From: Eledone cirrhosa
Lineage: Eukaryota
Length of the DNA: 64,000 nt
Assembly (NCBI GenBank): GCA_964016885.1
Contig: OZ024758.1
Coordinates: 40,052,001 to 40,116,000, forward strand
Reading direction: 5' to 3'
Part shown: positions 1 to 12,925 of the stretch, one piece after another
Layout: each line of letters starts with the position of its first letter
Position numbering within the stretch: position 1 is the stretch's first letter
The notes under the pieces: generated by a model
What the model saw: only the letters and a program-made list of their open reading frames with translations
Told to the model about the DNA's origin: nothing
The model's database searches: none
Position numbers and translations under genes: made by a program

Positions 1-489
1 AGGATAGCTTAGGATAGCTTAGCTTAGGATAGCTTAGGATAGCTTAGCTTAGGATAGCTTAGCTTAAGATAGCTTAGGATAGCTTAGCTTAGGATAGCTT
101 AGCTTAGGATAGCTTAGCTTAGCTTAGCTTAGGATAGCTTAGCTTGGGATAGCTTAGGATAGCTTAGCTTAGGATAGCTTAGGATAGCTTAGCTTAGCTT
201 AGCTTAGGATAGCTTACCTTAGCTTAGGACAGCTTAGCTTAGCTTAGCTTAGGATAGCTTAGCTTAGCTTAGCTTAGGATAGCTTAGCTTAGCTTAGCTT
301 AGTATAGCTTAGCTTAGCTTAGGATAGCTTAGGATAGCTTAGCTTAGGATAGCTTAGGATAGCTTAGCTTAGGATAGCTTAGGATAGCTTAGCTTAGGAT
401 AGCTTAGCTTAGGATAGCTTAGCTTAGCTTAGCTTAGGATAGCTTAGGATAGCTTAGCTTAGCTTAGCTTAGGATAGCTTAGCTTAGCT

Positions 490-3400
490 TAGCTTTGGAT
501 AGCTTAGCTTAGCTTAGCTTAGCTTAGGATAGCTTAGCTTAGCTTAGGATAGCTTAGGATAGCTTAGCTTAGGATAGCTTAGGATAGCTTAGCTTAGGAT
601 AGCTTAGCTTAAGATAGCTTAGGATAGCTTAGCTTAGGATAGCTTAGCTTAGGATAGCTTAGCTTAGCTTAGCTTAGGATAGCTTAGCTTAGCTTAGCTT
701 AGGATAGCTTAGCTTAGCTTAGCTTAGTATAGCTTAGCTTAGCTTAGGATAGCTTAGGATAGCTTAGCTTAGGATAGCTTAGGACAGCTTAGCTTAGCTT
801 AGCTTAGGATAGCTTAGCTTAGCTTAGGATAGCTTAGCTTAGCTTAGCTTAGGATAGCTTAGCTTAGGATAGCTTAGCTTAGGATAGCTTAGCTTAGGAT
901 AGCTTAGCTTAGGATAGCTTAGCTTAGGTAGCTTAGCTTAGCTTAGCTTAGGTTAGCTTAGCTTAGCTTAGCTTAGGATAGCTTAGCTTAGGATAGCTTA
1001 GGATAGCTTAGCTTAGCTTAGCTTAGGATAGCTTAGCTTAGCTTAGCTTAGGATAGCTTAGCTTAGCTTAGGATAGCTTAGCTTAGCTTAGCTTAGGATA
1101 GCTTAGCTTAGCTTAGCTTAGGATAGCTTAGCTTAGCTTAGCTTAGGATAGCTTAGCTTAGCTTAGTTTAGGATAGCTTAGGTTAGGATAGCTTAGCTTA
1201 GCTTAGCTTAGGATAGCTTAGCTTAGCTTAGCTTAGCTTAGGATAGCTTAGCTTAGCTTAGCTTAGGATAGCTTAGCTTAGCTTAGCTTAGGATAGCTTA
1301 GCTTAGCTTAGCTTAGGATAGCTAGCTTAGCTTAGCTTAGGATAGCTTAGCTTAGCTTAGCTTAGGATAGCTTAGCTTGGCTTAGCTTAGGATAGCTTAG
1401 CTTAGCTTGGCTTAGGATAGCCTAGCTTAGCTTAGCTTAGGATGGCTTAGCTTAGCTTAGCTTAGGATAGCTTAGCTTAGCTTAGCTTAGCTTAGTTTAG
1501 GATAGCTTAGCTTAGCTTAGCTTAGGATAGCTTAGGATAGCTTAGCTTAGGATAGCTTAGGATAGCTTAGCTTAGGATAGCTTAGCTTAGGATAGATTAG
1601 CTTAGGATAGCTTATGATAGCTTAGCTTAGGATAGCTTAGGATAGCTTAGGATAGCTTAGCTTAGGATAGCTTAGCTTAGGATAGCTTAGGAAAGCTTAG
1701 CTTAGCTTAGCTTAGGATAGCTTAGCTTAGCTTAGGATAGCTTAGCTTAGCTTAGCTTAGCTTAGGATAGCTTAGCTTAGCTTAGCTTAGGATAGCTTAG
1801 GATAGCTTAGCTTAGGATAACTTAGGATAGCTTAGCTTAGGATAGCTTAGGATAGCTTAGCTTAGGATAGCTTAGCTTAGGATAGCTTAGCTTAGCTTAG
1901 CTTAGCTTAGGATAGCTTAGGATAGCTTAGGATAGCTTAGCTTAGGATAGCTTAGCTTAGGATAGCTTAGGATAGCTTAGCTTAGCTTAGCTTAGGATAG
2001 CTTAGCTTAGCTTAGCTTAGGATAGCTTAGCTTAGCTTTGCTTAGGATAGCTTAGCTTAGGATAGCTTAGGATAGCTTAGCTTAGCATAGCTTAGGATAG
2101 CTTAGCTTAGGATAGCTTAGCTTAGGATAGCTTAGGATAGCTTAGCTTAGGATAGCTTAGGATAGCTTAGCTTAGGATAGCTTAGCTTAGGATAGCTTAG
2201 CTTAGCTTAGATTAGGATAGCTTAGCTTAGCTTAGCTTAGGATAGCTTAGGATAGCTTAGCTTAGGATAGCTTAGGATAGCTTAGCTTAGGATAGCTTAG
2301 CTTAGGATAGCTTAGCTTAGGATAGCTTAGGATAGCTTAGCTTAGGATAGCTTAGCTTAGGATAGCTTAGGATAGCTTAGCTTAGCTTAGGATAGCTTAG
2401 CTTAGCTTAGCTTATGATAGCTTAGCTTAGCTTAGCTTAGCTTAGGATAGCTTAGCTTAGCTTAGCTTAGGATAGCTTAGGATAGCTTAGCTTAGGATAG
2501 CTTAGCTTAGCTTAGCTTAGGATAGCTTAGGATAGCTTAGCTTAGGATAGCTTAGGATAGCTTAGCTTAGGATAGCTTAGCTTAGGATAGCTTAGCTTAG
2601 CTTAGCTTAGGAGAGCTTAGCTTAGGAAAGCTTAGGATAGCTTAGCTTAGGATAGCTTAGCTTAGGATAGCTTAGGATAGCTTAGCTTAGCTTAGCTTAG
2701 GATAGCTTAGCTTAGCTTAGCTTAGGATAGCTTAGCTTAGCTTAGGATAGCTTAGCTTAGCTTACCTTAGGATAGCTTAGCTTAGCTTAGCTTAGGATAG
2801 CTTAGCTTAGCTTAGCTTAGGATAGCTTAGCTTAGCTTAGGATAGCTTAGCTTAGCTTAGCTTAGGATAGCTTAGCTTAGGATAGCTTAGCTTAGGTTAG
2901 CTTAGCTTAGCTTAGCTTAGGATAGCTTAGGATAGCTTAGCTTAGCTTAGCTTAGGATAGCTTAGCTTAGCTTAGGATAGCTTAGCTTAGGATAGCTTAG
3001 GATAGCTTAGCTTAGCTTAGCTTAGCTTAGCTTAGGATAGCTTAGCTTAGCTTAGCTTAGGATAGCTTAGCTTAGCTTAGGATAGCTTAGCTTAGCTTAG
3101 CTTAGGATAGCTTAGGATAGCTTAGGATAGCTTAGGATAGCTTAGCTTAGGATAGCTTAGCTTAGCTTAGCTTAGGATAGCTTAGCTTAGCTTAGCTTAG
3201 GATAGCTTAGCTTAGCTTAGGATAGCTTAGCTTAGCTTAGCTTAGGATAGCTTAGCTTAGCTTAGCTTAGGATAGCTTAGCTTAGCTTAGCTTAGGTTAG
3301 CTTAGCTTAGCTTAACTTAGGATAGCTTAGCTTAGCTTAGCTTAGCTTAGGATAGCTTAGCTTAGCTTAGGATAGCTTAGCTTAGCTTAGCTTAGGATAG

Positions 3401-5500
3401 CTTAGCTTAGCTTAGGATAGCTTAGCTTAGCTTAGCTTAGGATAGCTTAGCTTAGCTTAGCTTAGGATAGCTTAGCTTAGCTTAGCTTAGGATAGCTTAG
3501 CTTAGCTTAGCTTAGGATAGCTTAGCTTAGCTTAGCTTAGGATAGCTTAGCTTAGCTTAGGATAGCTTAGCTTAGCTTAGCTTAGGATAGCTTAGGATAG
3601 CTTACCTTAGGAGAGCTTAGCTTAGGATAGCTTAGCTTAGGATAGCTTAGGATAACTTAGCTTAGGATAGCTTAGCTTAGGATAGCTTAGCTTAGGATAG
3701 CTTAGCTTAGGATAGCTTAGGATAGCTTAGCTTAGCTTAGGATAGCTTAGCTTAGCTTTGCTTAGGATAGCTTAGCTTAGCTTAGCTTAGGATAGCTTAG
3801 GATAGCTTAGCTTAGGATAGCTTAGGATAGCTTAGCTTAGGATAGCTTAGCTTAGGATAGCTTAGGATAGCTTAGCTTAGCTTAGCTTAGGATAGCTTAG
3901 CTTAGCTTAGCTTTGGATAGCTTAGCTTAGCTTAGCTTAGCTTAGGATAGCTTAGCTTAGCTTAGGATAGCTTAGGATAGCTTAGCTTAGGATAGCTTAG
4001 GATAGCTTAGCTTAGGATAGCTTAGCTTAAGATAGCTTAGGATAGCTTAGCTTAGGATAGCTTAGCTTAGGATAGCTTAGCTTAGCTTAGCTTAGGATAG
4101 CTTAGCTTGGGATAGCTTAGGATAGCTTAGCTTAGGATAGCTTAGCTTAGGATAGCTTAGGATAGCTTAGCTTAGCTTAGCTTAGGATAGCTTACCTTAG
4201 CTTAGGATAGATTAGCTTAGCTTAGCTTAGGATAGCTTAGCTTAGCTTAGGATAGCTTAGCTTAGCTTAGCTTAGGATAGCTTAGCTTAGGATAGCTTAG
4301 CTTAGGATAGCTTAGCTTAGGATAGCTTAGCTTAGGATAGCTTAGCTTAGGATAGCTTAGCTTAGCTTAGCTTAGGTTAGCTTAGCTTAGCTTAGCTTAG
4401 GATAGCTTAGCTTAGGATAGCTTAGGATAGCTTAGCTTAGCTTAGCTTAGGATAGCTTAGCTTAGCTTAGCTTAGTATAGCTTAGCTTAGCTTAGCTTAG
4501 GATAGCTTAGCTTAGCTTAGCTTAGGATAGCTTAGCTTAGCTTAGGATAGCTTAGCTTAGCTTAGCTTAGGATAGCTTAGCTTAGCTTAGCTTAGGATAG
4601 CTTAGCTTAGCTTAGCTTAGGATAGCTTAGCTTAGCTTAGTTTAGGATAGCTTAGGTTAGGATAGCTTAGCTTAGCTTAGCTTAGGATAGCTTAGCTTAG
4701 CTTAGCTTAGCTTAGGATAGCTTAGCTTAGCTTAGCTTAGGATAGCTTAGCTTAGCTTAGGATAGCTTAGCTTAGCTTAGCTTAGGATAGCTTAGCTTAG
4801 CTTAGCTTAGGATAGCTTAGCTTAGCTTAGCTTAGGATAGCTTAGCTTAGCTTAGCTTAGGATAGCTTAGCTTAGCTTGGCTTAGGATAGCCTAGCTTAG
4901 CTTAGCTTAGGATGGCTTAGCTTAGCTTAGCTTAGGATAGCTTAGCTTAGCTTAGCTTAGCTTAGTTTAGGATAGCTTAGCTTAGCTTAGCTTAGGATAG
5001 CTTAGGATAGCTTAGCTTAGGATAGCTTAGGATAGCTTAGCTTAGGATAGCTTAGGATAGCTTAGCTTAGGATAGCTTAGCTTAGGATAGCTTAGCTTAG
5101 GATAGCTTATGATAGCTTAGCTTAGGATAGCTTAGGATAGCTTAGGATAGCTTAGCTTAGGATAGCTTAGCTTAGGATAGCTTAGGAAAGCTTAGCTTAG
5201 CTTAGCTTAGGATAGCTTAGCTTAGCTTAGGATAGCTTAGCTTAGCTTAGCTTAGCTTAGGATAGCTTAGCTTAGCTTAGCTTAGGATAGCTTAGGATAG
5301 CTTAGCTTAGGATAACTTAGGATAGCTTAGCTTAGGATAGCTTAGGATAGCTTAGCTTAGGATAGCTTAGCTTAGGATAGCTTAGCTTAGCTTAGCTTAG
5401 CTTAGGATAGCTTAGGATAGCTTAGGATAGCTTAGCTTAGGATAGCTTAGCTTAGGATAGCTTAGGATAGCTTAGCTTAGCTTAGCTTAGGATAGCTTAG
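490..5500 (+). repeat. ~3.4-3.5 kb higher-order repeat unit plus partial second copy
   Basis: CTTTG 493/3911 and CTTAA 608/4026 (offset 3418); CCTAG 1421/4891 and GATGG 1441/4911 (3470); GAAAG 1691/5186 and GATAA 1816/5311 (3495). Confidence 0.8.
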
Positions 5501-6330
5501 CTTAGCTTAGCTTAGGATAGCTTAGCTTAGCTTAGCTTAGCTTAGGATAGCTTAGCTTAGCTTAGCTTAGGATAGCTTAGGATAGCTTAGCTTAGGATAG
5601 CTTAGGATAGCTTAGATTAGGATAGCTTAGGATAGCTTAGCTTAGGATAGCTTAGGATAGCTTAGCTTAGGATAGCTTAGGATAGCTTAGCTTAGGATAG
5701 CTTAGCTTAGGATAGCTTAGGATAGCTTAGCTTAGCTTAGCTTAGGTTAGCTTAGCTTAGCTTAGCTTAGGATAGCTTAGCTTAGCTTAGCTTAGGATAG
5801 CTTAGCTTGGGATAGCTTAGGATAGCTTAGCTTAGGATAGCTTAGCTTAGGATAGCTTAGGATAGCTTAGCTTAGCTTAGCTTAGGATAGCTTACCTTAG
5901 CTTAGGATAGATTAGCTTAGCTTAGCTTAGGATAGCTTAGCTTAGCTTAGGATAGCTTAGCTTAGCTTAGCTTAGGATAGCTTAGCTTAGGATAGCTTAG
6001 CTTAGGATAGCTTAGCTTAGGATAGCTTAGCTTAGGATAGCTTAGCTTAGGATAGCTTAGCTTAGCTTAGGTTAGCTTAGCTTAGCTTAGCTTAGGATAG
6101 CTTAGCTTAGCTTAGCTTAGTATAGCTTAGCTTAGCTTAGCTTAGGATAGCTTAGCTTAGCTTAGCTTAGGATAGCTTAGCTTAGCTTAGGATAGCTTAG
6201 CTTAGCTTAGCTTAGGATAGCTTAGCTTAGCTTAGCTTAGGATAGCTTAGCTTAGCTTAGCTTAGGATAGCTTAGCTTAGCTTAGTTTAGGATAGCTTAG
6301 GTTAGGATAGCTTAGCTTAGCTTAGCTTAG
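490..6330 (+). repeat. Copy 1 of a long-range (~57.6 kb offset) duplicated satellite block
   Basis: An ordered series of rare variants recurs at 58140-64000: CTTTG 493, CTTAA 608, GTAG 928, CCTAG 1421, GATGG 1441, CTTTG 2036, CATAG 2086, CTTAC 2761, CTTAC 3601, CTTGG 4106, TATAG 4476, GATAA 5311, CTTAC 5891. Confidence 0.9.
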
Positions 6331-7300
6331 GATAGCTTAGCTTAGCTTAGCTTAGCTTAGGATAGCTTAGCTTAGCTTAGCTTAGGATAGCTTAGCTTAG
6401 CTTAGGATAGCTTAGCTTAGCTTAGCTTAGGATAGCTTAGCTTAGCTTGGCTTAGGATAGCCTAGCTTAGCTTAGCTTAGGATGGCTTAGCTTAGCTTAG
6501 CTTAGGATAGCTTAGCTTAGCTTAGCTTAGCTTAGTTTAGGATAGCTTAGCTTAGCTTAGCTTAGGATAGCTTAGGATAGCTTAGCTTAGGATAGCTTAG
6601 GATAGCTTAGCTTAGGATAGCTTAGGATAGCTTAGCTTAGGATAGCTTAGCTTAGGATAGCTTAGCTTAGGATAGCTTATGATAGCTTAGCTTAGGATAG
6701 CTTAGGATAGCTTAGGATAGCTTAGCTTAGGATAGCTTAGCTTAGGATAGCTTAGGAAAGCTTAGCTTAGCTTAGCTTAGGATAGCTTAGCTTAGCTTAG
6801 GATAGCTTAGCTTAGCTTAGCTTAGCTTAGGATAGCTTAGCTTAGCTTAGCTTAGGATAGCTTAGGATAGCTTAGCTTAGGATAACTTAGGATAGCTTAG
6901 CTTAGGATAGCTTAGCTTAGGATAGCTTAGCTTAGCTTAGCTTAGCTTAGGATAGCTTAGGATAGCTTAGGATAGCTTAGCTTAGGATAGCTTAGCTTAG
7001 GATAGCTTAGGATAGCTTAGCTTAGCTTAGCTTAGGATAGCTTAGCTTAGCTTAGCTTAGGATAGCTTAGCTTAGCTTAGCTTAGCTTAGGATAGCTTAG
7101 CTTAGCTTAGCTTAGGATAGCTTAGGATAGCTTAGCTTAGGATAGCTTAGGATAGCTTAGCTTAGGATAGCTTAGGATAGCTTAGCTTAGGATAGCTTAG
7201 GATAGCTTAGCTTAGGATAGCTTAGCTTAGGATAGCTTAGGATAGCTTAGCTTAGCTTAGCTTAGGATAGCTTAGCTTAGCTTAGCTTAGGATAGCTTAG
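4080..7300 (+). repeat. ~1.6-1.7 kb tandem duplication
   Basis: CTTGG 4106/5806, CTTAC 4191/5891 and ATTAG 4211/5911 (offset 1700); TTTAG 4641/6286 (1645); CCTAG 4891/6461, GAAAG 5186/6756 and GATAA 5311/6881 (1570). Confidence 0.85.
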
Positions 7301-8819
7301 CTTAGCTTAGCTTAGGATAGCTTAGCTTAGCTTACCTTAGGATAGCTTAGCTTAGCTTAGGATAGCTTAGCTTAGGATAGCTTAGCTTAGGATAGCTTAG
7401 CTTAGGATAGCTTAGCTTAGGTTAGCTTAGCTTAGCTTAGCTTAGGATAGCTTAGGATAGCTTAGCTTAGGATAGCTTAGCTTAGCTTAGCTTAGGATAG
7501 CTTAGCTTAGGATAGCTTAGCTTAGCTTAGCTTAGGATAGCTTAGCTTAGGATAGCTTAGGATAGCTTAGCTTAGCTTAGCTTAAGATAGCTTAGCTTAG
7601 CTTAGGATAGCTTAGCTTAGCTTAGCTTAGGATAGCTTAGCTTAGCTTAGCTTAGGATAGCTTAGCTTAGCTTATCTTAGGATAGCTTAGGATAGCTTAG
7701 CTTAGCTTAGCTTAGCTTAGCTTAGGATAGCTTAGCTTAGCTTAGCTTAGGATAGCTTAGCTTAGCTTAGCTTAGGATAGCTTAGCTTAGCTTAGGATAG
7801 CTTAGCTTAGCTTAGCTTAGCTTAGGATAGCTTAGCTTAGCTTAGCTTAGGATAGCTTAGCTTAGGATAGCTTAGGATAGCTTAGCTTAGGATAGCTTAG
7901 CTTAGGATAGCTTAGCTTAGCTTAGCTTAGGATAGCTTAGGATAGCTTAGGATAGCTTAGCTTAGGATAGCTTAGGATAGCTTAGCTTAGCTTAGCTTAG
8001 GATAGCTTAGCTTAGCTTAGCTTAGGATAGCTTAGCTTAGCTTAGCTTAGGATAGCTTAGGATAGCTTAGCTTAGGATAGCTTAGGATAGCTTAGCTTAG
8101 GATAGCTTAGGATAGCTTAGCTTAGGATAGCTTAGGATAGCTTAGCTTAGGATAGCTTAGCTTAGGATAGCTTAGGATAGCTTAGCTTAGGATAGCTTAG
8201 CTTAGGATAGCTTAGCTTAGGATAGCTTAGGATAGCTTAGCTTAGCTTAGCTTAGGATAGCTTAGCTTAGCTTAGCTTAGGATAGCTTAGCTTAGCTTAG
8301 CTTAGGATAGCTTAGGATAGCTTAGCTTAGCTTAGCTTAGCTTAGGATAGCTTAGCTTAGCTTAGCTTAGGATAGCTTAGCTTAGCTTAGGATAGCTTAG
8401 CTTAGCTTAGCTTAGGATAGCTTAGCTTAGATTAGCTTAGGATAGCTTAGCTTAGCTTAGCTTAGGATAGCTTAGGTTAGCTTAGGATAGCTTAGCTTAG
8501 GATAGCTTAGCTTAGGATAGCTTAGCTTAGGTTAGCTTAGCTTAGCTTAGGATAGCTTAGGATAGCTTAGCTTAGGATAGCTTAGCTTAGCTTAGGATAG
8601 CTTAGCTTAGCTTAGGATAGCTTAGCTTAGCTTAGCTTAGCTTAGGATAGCTTAGCTTAGGATAGCTTAGGATAGCTTAGCTTAGCTTAGGATAGCTTAG
8701 CTTAGCTTAGCTTAGGATAGCTTAGCTTAGCTTAGCTTAGGATAGCTTAGGATAGCTTAGCTTAGCTTAGCTTAGGATAGCTTAGCTTAGCTTAGCTTAG
8801 GATAGCTTAGCTTAGCTTA

Positions 8820-11800
8820 GCTTAGGATAGCTTAGCTTAGCTTAGGATAGCTTAGCTTAGCTTAGCTTAGCTTAGGATAGCTTAGCTTAGCTTAGCTTAG
8901 GATAGCTTAGCTTAGCTTAGGATAGCTTAGCTTAGCTTAGCTTAGGATAGCTTAGCTTAGCTTAGCTTAGGATAGCTTAGCTTAGCTTAGCTTAGGATAG
9001 CTTAGCTTAGCTTAGGATAGCTTAGCTTAGCTTAGGATAGCTTAGCTTAGCTTAGGATAGCTTAGCTTAGCTTAGCTTAGCTTAGCTTAGGATAGCTTAG
9101 CTTAGCTTAGCTTAGGATAGCTTAGCTTAGCTTAGCTTAGGATAGCTTAGCTTAGCTTAGCTTAGGATAGCTTAGCTTAGCTTAGGATAGCTTAGCTTAG
9201 CTTAGCTTAGGATAGCTTAGCTTAGCTGAGCTTAGGATAGCTTAGGATAGCTTAGCTTAGGATAGCTTAGGATAGCTTACCTTAGGAGAGCTTAGCTTAG
9301 GAAAGCTTATCTTAGGATAGCTTAGGATAGCTTAGCTTAGGATAGCTTAGCTTAGGATAGCTTAGCTTAGGATAGCTTAGGATAGCTTAGCTTAGCTTAG
9401 CTTAGGATAGCTTAGCTTAGCTTAGCTTAGGATAGCTTAGCTTAGCTTAGCTTAGGATAGCTTAGCTTAGCTTAGGATAGCTTAGGATAGCTTAGCTTAG
9501 GATAGCTTAGGATAGCTTAGCTTAGGATAGCTTAGGATAGCTTAGCTTAGGATAGCTTAGCTTAGGATAGCTTAGGATAGCTTAGCTTAGCTTAGCTTAG
9601 GATAGCTTAGGATAGCTTAGCTTAGGATAGCTTAGGATAGCTTAGCTTAGCTTAGCTTAGGATAGCTTAGCTTAGCTTAGCTTAGGATAGCTTAGCTTAG
9701 CTTAGCTTAGGATAGCTTAGCTTAGCTTAGCTTAGGATAGCTTAGGATAGCTTAGCTTAGGATAGCTTAGGATAGCTTAGCTTAGGATAGCTTAGGATAG
9801 CTTAGCTTAGGATAGCTTAGCTTAGCTTAGGATAGCTTAGCTTAGCTTAGCTTAGGATAGCTTAGCTTGGGATAGCTTAGGATAGCTTAGCTTAGGATAG
9901 CTTAGCTTAGGATAGCTTAGGATAGCTTAGCTTAGCTTAGCTTAGGATAGCTTAGCTTAGCATAGCTTCGGATAGCTTAGCTTAGCTTAGGATAGCTTAG
10001 CTTAGCTTAGCTTAGGATAGCTTAGCTTAGCTTAGCTTAGGATAGCTTAGCTAAGCTTAGCTTAGGATAGCTTAGCTTAGCTTAGCTTAGAATAGCTTAG
10101 CTTAGGATAGCTTAGCTTAGGATAGCTTAGCTTAGGATAGCTTAGGATAGCTTAGCTTAGGATAGCTTAGGATAGCTTAGCTTAGGATAGCTTAGCTTAG
10201 CTTAGCTTAGGATAGCTTAGCTTAGCTTAGGATAGCTTAGCTTAGCTTAGCTTAGGATAGCTTAGCTTAGGATAGCTTAGGAAAGCTTAGCTTAGCTTAG
10301 CTTAGGATAGCTTAGCTTAGCTTAGCTTAGGATAGCTTAGCTTAGCTTAGGATAGCTTAGCTTAGCTTAGGATAGCTTAGCTTAGCTTAGCTTAGGATAG
10401 CTTAGCTTAGCTTAGCTTAGGATAGCTTAGCTTAGCTTAGCATAGGATAGCTTAGCTTAGCTTAGCTTAGGATAGCTTAGCTTAGCTTAGCTTAGGATAG
10501 CTTAGCTTAGGATAGCTTAGCTTAGCTTAGCTTAGGATAGCTTAGCTTAGCTTAGCTTAGGATAGCTTAGCTTAGCTTAGCTTAGGATAGCTTAGCTTAG
10601 CTTAGCTTAGGATAGCTTAGCTTAGATTAGCTTAGGATAGCTTCGCTTAGCTTAGCTTAGGATAGCTTAGCTTAGTTTAGGAAAGCTTAGCTTAGCTTAG
10701 CTTAGGATAGCTTAGCTTAGCTTAGGATAGCTTAGCTTAGCTTAGGATAGCTTAGCTTAGCTTAGCTTAGGATAGCTTAGCTTAGCTTAGCTTAGGATAG
10801 CTTAGCTTAGCATAGCTTAGGATAGCTTAGCTTAGCTTAGGATAGCTTAGCTTAGCTTAGCTTAGCTTAGGATAGCTTAGCTTAGCTTAGCTTAGGATAG
10901 CTTAGCTTAGCTTAGGATAGCTTAGCTTAGCTTAGCTTAGGATAGCTTAGCTTAGCTTAGCTTAGGATAGCTTAGCTTAGCTTAGCTTAGGATAGCTTAG
11001 CTTAGCTTAGGATAGCTTAGCTTAGCTTAGGATAGCTTAGCTTAGCTTAGGATAGCTTAGCTTAGCTTAGCTTAGCTTAGCTTAGGATAGCTTAGCTTAG
11101 CTTAGCTTAGGATAGCTTAGCTTAGCTTAGCTTAGGATAGCTTAGCTTAGCTTAGCTTAGGATAGCTTAGCTTAGCTTAGGATAGCTTAGCTTAGCTTAG
11201 CTTAGGATAGCTTAGCTTAGCTGAGCTTAGGATAGCTTAGGATAGCTTAGCTTAGGATAGCTTAGGATAGCTTACCTTAGGAGAGCTTAGCTTAGGAAAG
11301 CTTATCTTAGGATAGCTTAGGATAGCTTAGCTTAGGATAGCTTAGCTTAGGATAGCTTAGCTTAGGATAGCTTAGGATAGCTTAGCTTAGCTTAGCTTAG
11401 GATAGCTTAGCTTAGCTTAGCTTAGGATAGCTTAGCTTAGCTTAGCTTAGGATAGCTTAGCTTAGCTTAGCTTAGGATATCTTAGGATAGCTTAGCTTAG
11501 GATAGCTTAGGATAGCTTAGCTTAGGATAGCTTAGGATAGCTTAGCTTAGGATAGCTTAGCTTAGGATAGCTTAGGATAGCTTAGCTTAGCTTAGCTTAG
11601 GATAGCTTAGGATAGCTTAGCTTAGGATAGCTTAGGATAGCTTAGCTTAGCTTAGCTTAGGATAGCTTAGCTTAGCTTAGCTTAGGATAGCTTAGCTTAG
11701 CTTAGCTTAGGATAGCTTAGCTTAGCTTAGCTTAGGATAGCTTAGGATAGCTTAGGATAGCTTAGCTTAGCTTAGCTTAGGATAGCTTAGCTTGGGATAG

Positions 11801-12925
11801 CTTAGGATAGCTTAGCTTAGGATAGCTTAGCTTAGGATAGCTTAGGATAGCTTAGCTTAGCTTAGCTTAGGATAGCTTAGCTTAGCTTAGCTTAGGATAG
11901 CTTAGCTTAGCTTAGCTTAGGATAGCTTAGCTTAGCTTAGGATAGCTTAGCTTAGCTTAGCTTAGGATAGCTTAGCTTGGGATAGCTTAGGATAGCTTAG
12001 CTTAGGATAGCTTAGCTTAGGATAGCTTAGGATAGCTTAGCTTAGCTTAGCTTAGGATAGCTTAGCTTAGCATAGCTTCGGATAGCTTAGCTTAGCTTAG
12101 GATAGCTTAGCTTAGCTTAGCTTAGGATAGCTTAGCTTAGCTTAGCTTAGGATAGCTTAGCTAAGCTTAGCTTAGGATAGCTTAGCTTAGCTTAGCTTAG
12201 AATAGCTTAGCTTAGGATAGCTTAGCTTAGGATAGCTTAGCTTAGGATAGCTTAGGATAGCTTAGCTTAGGATAGCTTAGGATAGCTTAGCTTAGGATAG
12301 CTTAGCTTAGCTTAGCTTAGGATAGCTTAGCTTAGCTTAGGATAGCTTAGCTTAGCTTAGCTTAGGATAGCTTAGCTTAGGATAGCTTAGGAAAGCTTAG
12401 CTTAGCTTAGCTTAGGATAGCTTAGCTTAGCTTAGCTTAGGATAGCTTAGCTTAGCTTAGGATAGCTTAGCTTAGCTTAGGATAGCTTAGCTTAGCTTAG
12501 CTTAGGATAGCTTAGCTTAGCTTAGCTTAGGATAGCTTAGCTTAGCTTAGCATAGGATAGCTTAGCTTAGCTTAGCTTAGGATAGCTTAGCTTAGCTTAG
12601 CTTAGGATAGCTTAGCTTAGGATAGCTTAGCTTAGCTTAGCTTAGGATAGCTTAGCTTAGCTTAGCTTAGGATAGCTTAGCTTAGCTTAGCTTAGGATAG
12701 CTTAGCTTAGCTTAGCTTAGGATAGCTTAGCTTAGATTAGCTTAGGATAGCTTCGCTTAGCTTAGCTTAGGATAGCTTAGCTTAGTTTAGGAAAGCTTAG
12801 CTTAGCTTAGCTTAGGATAGCTTAGCTTAGCTTAGGATAGCTTAGCTTAGCTTAGGATAGCTTAGCTTAGCTTAGCTTAGGATAGCTTAGCTTAGCTTAG
12901 CTTAGGATAGCTTAGCTTAGCATAG
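8820..12925 (+). repeat. ~2.0-2.1 kb tandem duplication
   Basis: CTGAG 9226/11221, CTTAC 9276/11271 and CTTAT 9306/11301 (offset 1995); CATAG 9961/12071, CTTCG 9966/12076, CTAAG 10051/12161, AATAG 10091/12201, CTTCG 10641/12751 and GAAAG 10681/12791 (2110). Confidence 0.9.
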
